64,000 bases of DNA from Paragordius varius (taxonomy: Eukaryota; Animalia; Nematomorpha), in NCBI GenBank assembly GCA_964247055.1, contig OZ176054.1, positions 11,284,001-11,348,000 on the forward strand, given 5' to 3'. A program made the translations under genes and the position numbers. Positions within the stretch are counted from its first letter, which is position 1; every line of letters begins with the position of its first letter. The notes under the pieces are model-generated. The model saw nothing but the letters and a program-made list of their open reading frames with translations. It was not told the DNA's origin and did not search any database. Below are positions 12,999 to 23,477 of the stretch, in pieces.

Positions 12999-13199
12999 TT
13001 TTCACCGTTCCATTTTGAACATATGCATATTTGCTTTTGGGAAATTTCGCAATATAAGGCAAATTAAATCTGCAATGTTTTTTTGTAAGATTTTCATGGT
13101 GAATGAACGAGTATAGACAATACATCTTGTAATTTTCATGTTCAATTTCATGAAAACAGGCTTTTGACCAAACTAATGATTCTTTTGTTCTTTCTTGCT
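12999..13199 (-). CDS. Gene 1 exon B (absent from ORF track)
   Basis: 201 nt, phase 1-1: QERTKESLVWSKACFHEIEHENYKMYCLYSFIHHENLTKKHCRFNLPYIAKFPKSKYAYVQNGTVK, donor A|GTATGT. Confidence 0.85.
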
Positions 13200-14037
13200 C
13201 TAAAAATATCCAAAAATATTTAGTATCACCCGATATTAAATTGTTTTACAGAAAAAATTAAAGTTTTACATAAATAATAAGCATTATTTATCTGGCTTAT
13301 TCACACATTATAAATAGTAGAGTGTACGGGAAAAGACAAAAAAAATGTAAAACAAAATACACAAAGTAATGTAAGATAGGAAAAAATTGTTTATTCAACA
13401 CTTAGTTTTTTTTCATACACTAACAAGTGTGTTGTCAATGTACCAACTGTAATGTAAATAAGCCAGCATTTAAATGCATACTGTAATAAATATAAAAAAG
13501 ATATCAAAGTTATCTAAATTAAAAAAAGGGAAAGAATTTTAAGGAATCGGTTATATGATCATATGATTTATTTCGTAAAAGTTAGACATTGTATAAGAAA
13601 AAAAACATTTAGTTTCAGAATCTGAAATGTTTTGAAAGAGTTTCTAGGAGTAAAAACACATAAGCATAACCCACACCAACATTTTTAAATCATTAAATCC
13701 AACTAAAACTCAAATTTGAATTCAAAGAAATAGCCGTCTAACTTTTCAATTATCTATCATAAACTTGACTCAAACGTATTAAAAAATTAAAGCAAACCAT
13801 GTGCAAAGGGTCGTCATCGAAACGAATCTACCAACCAGTTATTTATGTTTAAAAACAGTTCCTTTATGGTTTATAAACCGAATCAAATTTCCCTAGAATC
13901 AAAAAATTTGATTATCTCCAAAATTAAACATAAACCTTACAAATCTCTGAAAAAAACACAAAAAATAATTTTATGCAGTTTAAATATATACTTATATATA
14001 TATATATATATATAAATATTATATTCATATATCTTAC

Positions 14038-14346
14038 GAATATTAATAAATCCATCAACCACAATATCGTCGTTATATTCAGAGGTGCACATGACACTTT
14101 TATTATTATGAGCAAATTTGGCCACAAATGACTTCTCCCAGATATATCCATTTCTATCGCGGTATAAATAAGGCTGATTGTCATAGAGATATCTGATAAG
14201 GGATAGGGCTTGATTCTCGTTAGTCGTTACTTGCAAATAACATTCCGTAATATTATCCTCTATTCTTTGTTGTTTTCTAAAGTCAGACAGCAATTCCCTT
14301 ATGTTTGTACCATTAGAAATTTGTAAGTTGGCCCCATATCTGTGCA
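14038..14346 (-). CDS. Gene 1 exon A
   Basis: 309 nt, phase 1-1 (TTATTAG| ... C|GTAAGA), ECYLQV...HNNKSVMC. Confidence 0.88.
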
Positions 14347-17056
14347 CTAATAAAATGAAGCTTATAGTAAACATGCACGTCAATAATAATATATTATTTG
14401 CACCTTCATTTGGTATATTACCGATTCAAGATGGTGATTAAAGATATTAAGCTGGTTCTTGATAATAAAAACTATACCAAAATATTATTCCTACTGAAAA
14501 ATGATATCTATTTTAAGATATTAGATTAATTTTCCACCTATAATTTTTTTGAAGAGACTTAAAATGTTTAAAGACCTTAATTACTTGCGCAAATGGTAAA
14601 TATCAAAGTCGATTAAAAATAATGGCATAAACGCCTAGAAAATTGAAATTATGGCTGATAAAATATTTTAGAAAAGATGAAGTTCAGAACAATTTAAAAA
14701 AATTAAAATTATTACCTGCCAAAGATAAATATATATATATATATATATATACAGGAACAACTGAAATTATACATTTTAGTTAAAATTAAATCCATTTTTT
14801 TTCTCCTAATCAGACAAAACTTGGGAATTTTTGGATTTTAACTTCTAAATTTCTATATTGAGATACCTCCAAAATCATCCCTTGATATTAAAATCAATAA
14901 ATATAGAAAATTTCCTAGTAAATTCTAATTATGACATTTAATATTTATATTTTTCAACCACAATATAGATTTAATTATCTGTTTAATAGCAATAAAAAAA
15001 ATAAAAAAAATGGTGGTGAGTTTGAGATGAGGGTTTTTACTATTTCACATCTTAAAAATATTGCATCATGCGCCTTAAGGTTTAAAAAGGGATTTTTAAA
15101 GTTGGTCCAATAAAAATATTTAAAATTAAAATTTTAAATTTCAATCCCAGTTCATAGAGAGTTACTAGAAAAACCTAGTGATGAAAATAATAGAAAATGT
15201 TTATTATATCTTAAAGTGTTTTTATATCGTTTCTACCCTACTTCAACATAAAATGCACTTAAAAATTAAATAAAACGTATGATTTTTTTGAAACTTTTTT
15301 CGAGTTCATCATCTATCATTTAAGAATTATTATCGCGCAAACTCAAAATTTTTGCGTTTTTTAAAAATAAATAACCGCTTTTAGAGGGACCAAAATATTT
15401 GAGACATTAGGAGTAAATAATTAATCAAAATTTAAAGACAACCTTGATTTTTGAATGTAAATTATGTTGTATTCAAATAATGTTTTTTGGATTAATGCAG
15501 TTAGATTTCACGAAAAAAAACAATATGAATGTGCGCTGATTTCGCTATTTTTGTCGATCCACAAGACAAAAGTATTTAATTTATCCTTCGTTAGCCCCAA
15601 ACATAGCATGATTACACATTAATTTATCATTATGAGATAATATATAGTTTATCAGGTTAAATATCCCGATTTTCTTGCACTGAGATTAATAGGAGAATAC
15701 ATTGCAATTATTTTACTTTAAATTGGGTAACAATTTGAGAGAATAATAAATTTGGATGCAAAATATATTTTTGTCTCGACCTCAAAATATTTTGAGTTAA
15801 AAATATTCTCGAGATTATCAAAATATACCACATTCGACCCATAATTGATATAAACACGTCAAATAAAACTTACTAGGCGTGAACGGTAGATATTTGTCCA
15901 CGAAATCAATCTTCTTTTCTAAAATATTAAAAAAAATTGTAATATGCATTGTAATTATATATTATATATGGAATTATTTTAATTAATTTGTAATGATCAC
16001 TCATAATTTTTATTTTTTTATTTTATCTGTGATTTGGCTAGGGTTAGATTTTTGGGTCAAAAATAAAAACCGGTTTAGAAAATTTTAAATTTTTAGATGT
16101 GGGCTCCAAAAGTCCCAAATTTTTTCCCTAGTAAAATGGGCTACTTCTCTAAAATTAAGCTCATGCCTGGATTGAGCGATAAAAATATACTTTAAAAATG
16201 ATGTTTTAAAAAAATTTAATTTTAAATCAAATTTTGTTGAAGCGTACTTCATACTCTTGTGAGTCATATGGTTTAAAACTATTTATGATATTATGAAAAC
16301 ACCTTTTCATTAGATTTCGATAATTCTGAACATTTCTATCACCTCAAAATCGTGATATTTGAAATATTAAAATTTTAAGCAATTGAACCTTAAAATTTAA
16401 ATTCTTAGGTAATAGAAATGTTCAGCATCATCGAATTATATACGTTGTTAAACCGTTTCTATTAAGACGCCAAATAAGTACGCTTCAAAATTTTACTATG
16501 AATTTTTAAAAACAAAATTTTTGGTTGATATCAAAATTAAGCATGTATTTATAATTTTTATCTCGCACGGGCATTTTTGCCTTTATTTCAAGAGGATTAA
16601 CCCATCTTAGAAAAAATTTAGGACTTTCGAACTCACATCTAAAATATTAAATTTTTTAAACCTATTGTTTTACTTTTTACATATAGTTATCATATATTTT
16701 ATTAATATTTTTTAAGTTTTAAACTTTCACCCAATAAATTTATTTAAAAATGAACGTAATAGCCATTTTCCGATATGAAAGACTTACCACAAATTGTAAA
16801 TAAATTTCCCAAATAAAACACCATGATAATGTTTATACATCCTATCAATACATATTTTTTATAGGGCTTTTTGTGGAAACTGTGTATATTGTTTTTATTA
16901 TTTTGTTATTCAATTAAAAATCGCTGGGGCACATTCAATGACAAACAAATCATAGATTGATTAGGGAAATTGATACTCAAATATTAAATATTTATATCAT
17001 TGGTTAAAAATGATACAAAATACCCTGTATATTTTGGGAAAGTATAATATAATTAC

Positions 17057-17156
17057 CTTGTATATATCCATGTTCGGCTAAAAATGCTTGGAAATCAGGC
17101 TTGGAATTTTCAGAACTATCTTTGTCCAATGCATCAAATCCAAAGATTTTGTTATC
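17057..17156 (-). CDS. Gene 1 exon Z
   Basis: DNKIFGFDALDKDSSENSKPDFQAFLAEHGYIQ, donor G|GTAATT; follows the 25-nt intron 17157-17181. Confidence 0.8.
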
Positions 17157-17181
17157 CTAAAATATAATCTTAAAAAATAAC

Positions 17182-17372
17182 TCTGGATTCATATTTTATA
17201 ACGAATTTGGAATAACTAATGTCGCAATAAATTTTATAGATTTGATTCAAATATGCTTTTTTGACAATTGGTTGGTCAAGTATTTTGAAGTTTCCGATTT
17301 GCAAATAACATTTCTGTTTATCCCATCTGATTGGGAAGGTTTCCCCCTCATTAGCATATACCACACTTTTAC
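17182..17372 (-). CDS. Gene 1 exon Y
   Basis: Acceptor CTATTAG, KSVVYANEGETFPIRWDKQKCYLQIG...YKIYCDISYSKFVIKYESR, donor AGA|GTTATT. Confidence 0.85.
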
Positions 17373-18738
17373 CTAATAGTGAATACAAATGATTAAGCAA
17401 ATTTAACTCATTTTAATTTCTGGCACCAATATTATAATCGGTCTGTAAAATTTTTTTATCTTATTACATTTTACGGTCCAAATTATATGATGATACGTTA
17501 TTATACATAAAAAAATTCCATTGTTACTGAAAACAAAAATTGTAAATTTAATTTTTTTATTTATAATATGGTTGAATCTTGTTTTTACAGTGGACAATGG
17601 TATAAAATAACCCCTTTATTTCAAAAATATCGTCTATAAAGTAATTAACTCATGCTGATGTTATTTGATGAATAAATCTCTACAAACTCTGGAGTTTGTA
17701 GATATTTTGCATGCACACACAAAAAATGACAAAATACATATTATCTGATACAAAAATATATCAGGGTTCTCAAGTACTATTTAAAACTTACAATTTTGTA
17801 TTCGAATCGCAAAACTTGCGCTCATTATGTAAATATATTTTTTTACATCATTCATTAGAAAGAAAAACAATATTGATCAAATTTTAATTCTTTTATGTGG
17901 GATCCGATAGTCTCAAATTTCTGACCGCCTTTAAGACTAACGCCAAAATTTAAAGATATTCTGATAAGAATATTTAATACTGGGAGATTATGAAAAAAGA
18001 ATATATTTTTGGAAAATATATACTTTTATTTAAAAATTTAATTTTTAGTAAAATTTGGATAAACCACATTTTATGGTGTTTTGGAGCACGGTAAAGCGGT
18101 CCGGACATATTATAAATGCTTTCTTCTTCATATAAATTAAATATAAAGTGAGTTGTACCTAGATTCCAAAAAAAACTTTTTGAAAATGGATAATAGAAAT
18201 GTTAATCATTATCGATTGATATGGGAAAGGTGTTTTTTCCCCGCTGTGAAGATCAATGCATTACGAGTGGGTAGGGATTGCCTTGACGGCAGGTGGCCGA
18301 CGATCTTCCGACGCTACACCCTTTACTTGTTGTTATGTTACCATGCTTTTAAATACCATAAAGTACGGTCACTAAAATTTTGCTAAAATTCAAAATTTTA
18401 AGCAACGTTTCATTGCATTTTTTTATAGATTTTAATTTTTGATGTGTTATAATCTATATTAAAATTTAGTGTATTTTAAAAAAATTAGCCCGTTTTAGAG
18501 GGGAATTTTCGACTTTCAGAGGCTGCGTCTAAAATCATAATAAATATTATATATTTTTTTACTTATAAATATAGTTTATGATATAACAATGGTATATTTA
18601 GAATGAATTAGATTTTAACAGAAAACTTTATTTGATAAAATCTGGGCTAATTTTGTGCTGATATAAATTACCGAAAAAGTTGAAATATTTTTATTAAATA
18701 CTAAGTCGCAAAACCATAAACACTATGATAATATAATA

Positions 18739-19152
18739 TACCATTTACAGTTCAAATTCACCTTTGAACAATTCAAATTCACCCTTGAACAATTCAAATT
18801 CACCCTCGAACAATTCAAATTCACCTTCAAACAATTCCAATTCACCCTCGAACAATTCAAATTCACCTTAAAAATTAATTATGATTTTCGAACTAATATA
18901 ACTAATTATTAATATGAAATATATGTTTATGGTATATTTTATTATTTTTTAAGTATTATTTTTATTGAAAACATAATTTTTATTTTTTAAAAATATATAG
19001 AATATAGGTAATTTTTAATCTTAAAAAACTTATATTTTTTTGAGGGTGAAATTGAATTGTTCGAGGGTGAATTTTAATTGTTCAAGGGTTAATTTGAATT
19101 GTTCAAGGGTGAATTTGAATTGTTTATGGGTGAAATCGAATTGTAAATGGTA
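18739..19152. mobile_element. MITE with inverted arrays of a 21-bp subterminal repeat
   Basis: TIR TACCATTTACA/TGTAAATGGTA with TA flanks; about 6 copies of TTCAAATTCACCYTYGAACAA on the left and about 5 inverted copies on the right. Confidence 0.85.
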
Positions 19153-20259
19153 TATATCATCTATCAGATTAAAATATTTTCTATAATTGATTTCATGCAT
19201 GCGTAATGAGTCAATTAAAAGTTAAATTAAATCATTTCTTTATATTCTAGTCATTTCCGTGGAATAATATTAAGTATAAATAGGAAATATCTGGATATAA
19301 AACAATAATTAATAATTTCAATTTTAATTTATCTCAAAGAGGAGTCCTGATATGAAAAGTAAGCAAAGTATTTTTTCATGCACCTAATAAAATACAAAAA
19401 AACACAAGACCACAACATACCATTTTGCGATCTAAAAATATGGCTTAACCGCTACAACCCTAAAATAAACTTTAAAATTGGCAGAGTTGATTAAATTTTT
19501 AAAAAATTATGCTGCATAATTAACTTTTAGACGAAAACTAATCTTTCTTTTAGCTCAACAACATTTTAAAAGATTTACTTCAAGTCTTGTTATATATATG
19601 TATTGACAAGCAATTTAAATGCATACGGTAAAATGTTTAGTGTCTTTCCCTAATTTTTAACATTGTTCGTATATTTTTAACGTTGCTTGTTTTTATCATT
19701 TTGAGAAAATTTAATCAGCCCCATTTACTTTTGAATTATGTTATTTTTTTATCTTTTTTTGCCCTAAAAATTTTAATTTGTAATTTCAACAGAGTTTTAA
19801 AATGTAGAATGCTTAGTATTAGCAAGTTCTTATATTAAAAACATAATTAACCAGTTAACCTGAGATGGTAAAACAAAGAATATGAATTTTTAAACTGATG
19901 CTTTAAAGATTATTTCCAAACCAATATTATAAAATATTCTTGATTATATATTAAAATCTGATATTTCATTTTAGACGCTTTACTACATCATAAAGGCCGA
20001 AGCTTCTTGAAACACAAAGTTATCAGTTATGGGGTTTATAATTTATGAATCAAAAATTATAAGCCAATTTGATTCATAAATAACCATGTAATAGCGAAAA
20101 ATGTCTGCTTAAGACAGTTTTTTATTTTCCTTGTTAAAGGCAATGAATATGCTTTATTTTGTTTTCAATTTTGACAATGTCTATTACACCCTTTTCTATT
20201 GCTATCAGCCTTTTTATCTGGTTATTTTGCATATGCTTGTGCAGAATAATTAAAGTTAC

Positions 20260-20523
20260 CCAATCTGATTATTCCTTTAAATTCAACACGTTGGTTTGTT
20301 TCATTTTTGTAACATACAAAATGTCTATCCATATGTCTATATTCAACAATTTCAGTGCGCTCATAAATGGTATAATTATGTTTATAACATTTGTCTTTTC
20401 CAGTTTTTTTGATGCCTGTGAACAACGTATTCGAACTAAGATTCCTATAGTCGTCGAGCACATTAATGTAGCAATTATAGTTTGAAAGTTTATCTCCCCG
20501 CTTTACATAGTGAGATTTATTCT
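20260..20523 (-). CDS. Gene 1 exon X: Ig-like module
   Basis: 264 nt, phase 1-1 (GTTTAG| ... G|GTAACT): NKSHYVKRGDKLSNYNCYINVLDDYRN...EYRHMDRHFVCYKNETNQRVEFKGIIRL. Confidence 0.85.
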
Positions 20524-22478
20524 CTAAACATGATATACGATTATAAAAATGTGAATTCAACTAATTTACATTACAAATTAAGTATAAAAAATATATATTT
20601 GGTCGCTATTTTTTAATGTTTATATTTATAATAAACGATTTTAATATCGTGGTATACACAAAATATACAAATTTTCGGGTTTAAATAATCCGATAAAATA
20701 AACTTTGACGCATTTTAATTAATATTTTTTATAATTTTTTTAAAAATGTTTAATAGATCATATTAAAATTAAAATTATACGGGCAAACATAGATTATTTT
20801 TTTATAAAACATAACCATATTTTTTAATAGCCTTTTGGGTGCATTTTAAAAAATAATTTTTAAACGTATGTAAAAAATCTTTATCATATTTTAAGCGTTT
20901 TTTTTTTCATTTCGATATTCGGTAGCTCAGGCTTTTAGTTTTGTAATGATTATAATAATATATCATTTTTTTGTATGCAATGCTTTAACTTGTATTACGC
21001 TATGTTGGATGCGATTACATTTTGGGGTACTTTTGTACCCCGGAGCTTAAATTTGTAAATAATGAAATTTTTTTTACAAAACATAGTTTAATCATTGTTT
21101 TCCCATTTAAAAAGTTACAGATTTCTATTTTATAGAGTCTAAAATTACGGTTAAAAAGCTAACAGCCTTTATCAAAATGGGAATATCAAAAATTTTAAAA
21201 ATATAATTTGAAAGCTTTCCAAAGTAACTATTTACTTTTTTTCGTATAATATTCATTTCTGTCTTTTGTACAAGCGTTTTAAAAATGCAAAAAAATGCCG
21301 GAATCTTACTAATAATAAATCTTTAAATCGCTATGGGAAACTAACCAAAAGGGTATAAAATGTTAAACAAACTTTTTGTTTTGCTAATAGTGCATTTTGT
21401 ATTAATTAAAACGGTAAAAATTGTCAATTTTTTTAAAAATATTTTAATACCTGTTGTGGTAGTTTTGAATACAGAAGGATTTAAGTTTAATCAAATATAA
21501 AAATATATGCTTTCTTTAGCCTTTTGGGCGTACAAAAAAATAAAATTATAAATAAATCCTAATCCTTTATCGCCCCTATTTTATTTATTTTGGATAATTT
21601 TTCATTATAAAACTGTCATATATATGTATATTTTCCGTAAAAATGTAAATAAATAACTTTTTAAAGTTTTCGAAACATAGCAGCAAACTTTTTAGAGAAA
21701 TTAATTTTATTTTCCTTTTCCAATCCTTTTTTGGACCTATCCCAATCGCCTAAATGATTTTACCAAAAATATATTTTTCAATTATAGGGGAACAATGTTT
21801 GATAAAATTCAAAACCAAACATTCAAAGCAATATATTATATACAAATTATAGCGGGTTAGGTTACAAAACACCCCAAAGTAATAAATAGTCTACAACAAA
21901 TGAAAGGGCAATAAAAGTAAAGAATGGATGATAAACACAGAATTTTAATAATTTTTAATTCATTAATAATAATATTAGATTACCACGAATATTGATTGTA
22001 AAGTTTAACATCTCTAGGCTTTCAAAACTTTTGTATGGTGATTTCCCATAATCTAAATAAATAAATAAAAAATTTTGAGGAAAATTAAACTATCATTGTA
22101 ACTATTATCGTTGTGAAAAACATTGCTCTTTACGACGTTAACTTATTAGGTAACTCTAAATTATTTTTTTTTAAATTTCAAATAAATGATGATTATTTAT
22201 CTTTTAATCTGAATCATAAATAAACCAGGGACGCGAAAAATTTGAACTATAATAGCAATAATATAGTCATGAAATATTAGCAAAAGATATTACTTAAACA
22301 AATTATTTAAATCTAATTGGCAACTAACCGAAAAGTTGTTATCTTTTATTTAAAATTTACAGATGACCATCTAATAAAATATTCATGAATGCCCATGCAT
22401 ATATTTCGAATGAGACCCGCCAGATTTTTTGAGTCAAAAAAGCGGCCTGAAAAACCTTTTGTCTTGAATCTGATTTAG

Positions 22479-22618
22479 ACAATAACCTTGAAATCAAACA
22501 CTTATTAGCAATCATTAACAATCTACTATCGTTTATAATATTTTTAGATATTATTATTTTGAAAACATTAATTATTAACAAAATATTCGAATATAAACGC
22601 AAATTATTATCATCATAA
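22479..22618 (+). other. Inverted orphan copy of the hydrophobic terminal exon (exon or pseudo-exon)
   Basis: Acceptor TCTGATTTAG, NNLEIKHLLAIINNLLSFIIFLDIIILKTLIINKIFEYKRKLLSS*; nucleotide-level paralogue of 27826-27962 on the opposite strand. Confidence 0.6.
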
Positions 22619-22638
22619 ATAAAATTTATTTATTTAAA

Positions 22639-23380
22639 CACTGTGCGCAAAAACCAACGAATTTATTTGCCGCAAAAAAATTTATTTGTTGACGACCTAT
22701 TGAAATATTTAGAGATAGTCAAAATCGGGCAAAAAAATAAGGATAACCAAAAAATAACGAAAAAACTTGGGATATTAAGATTCACTATTATTTTCTTCAG
22801 TATACGATTTACAAATAGTCTCATATAGTCAGGGATTTTATTACTCAGATCAAAAATCATGTTTATAGTTAATACACAAATTTTTTTTATTAAACATTAA
22901 ATTTTTTTAATTTATTACTATTAAAATCTTAACATTAATATTTTACGCAGTAAATTTTTTAAAATAAATCTAAAAATAATGTTTTCATTTTTTGTCATCT
23001 TGTTGATGAGTTTATAACTTACTGAAGTTTTTTGATTACATGACGGATTGCAGATTATATAAATTAATGCAAATACAAGTAAGCGAATATCAACCGAAAA
23101 TTCGCACAATCCAATAAAAAATATAAATTTGACTTAAAACAAACTTGTTACTGGGATTTGTACAGATTGTTACTTGATATTTAATCCTATTTTGTTTATA
23201 TTTATAAAATGTAATCTCAAAAATAATGAAAATTTTTAATCACCCAAGTTATATCATTATTTGGTTATCCTTAATTTTCACTTTTTGCCCGATTTTGATT
23301 ATCATCTAAATATTTCAAAAACTAGGTCGTCAACAAATAAAAATTTCGGCAAATGAATTCTCTGGTTTTTGCGCACAGTG
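22639..23380. mobile_element. Foldback element of the same family as 11759-12912
   Basis: 18-bp TIR CACTGTGCGCAAAAACCA / TGGTTTTTGCGCACAGTG plus shared internal arms. Confidence 0.85.
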
Positions 23381-23477
23381 TTTTAGGCGCTCTGTGCCAA
23401 ATCAAATTTTTAATATTAATCATTTTATATTCAAATGAAAAAAACGTTCTGTGTCTAGCCAAATACATTTATGTATC

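Larger units (their letters stand above)
1..16220 (+). repeat. Segmental/tandem duplication, copy 1 (left end outside window)
   Basis: Colinear match to 47923-64000 throughout; identical or near-identical ORF pairs at offsets of about 47.93-47.94 kb (3042/50980, 6087/54024, 9574/57511, 10923/58856). Confidence 0.97.

Noticed and set aside
13941-13946. 6-nt micro-exon (AG|AGATTT|GTAAGG)
   Set aside because: Inclusion would create TAG when joined to exon B of gene 1, while direct A-B splicing is in frame in all three copies.
15560-15720. Additional module exon (YILSHNDKLMC)
   Set aside because: A 3-bp indel preserves frame in copy 2, but a 1-bp indel and in-frame stops do not; no consistent splice sites.
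17403-17597. Extra exon upstream of gene 1 exon Y
   Set aside because: It has a phase-1 donor, but no compatible phase-1 acceptor and no counterpart in gene 2.
18750-18870. 21-bp direct repeats as a CRISPR array
   Set aside because: No unique spacers; head-to-tail repeats mirrored in inverted form inside a MITE in eukaryotic DNA.
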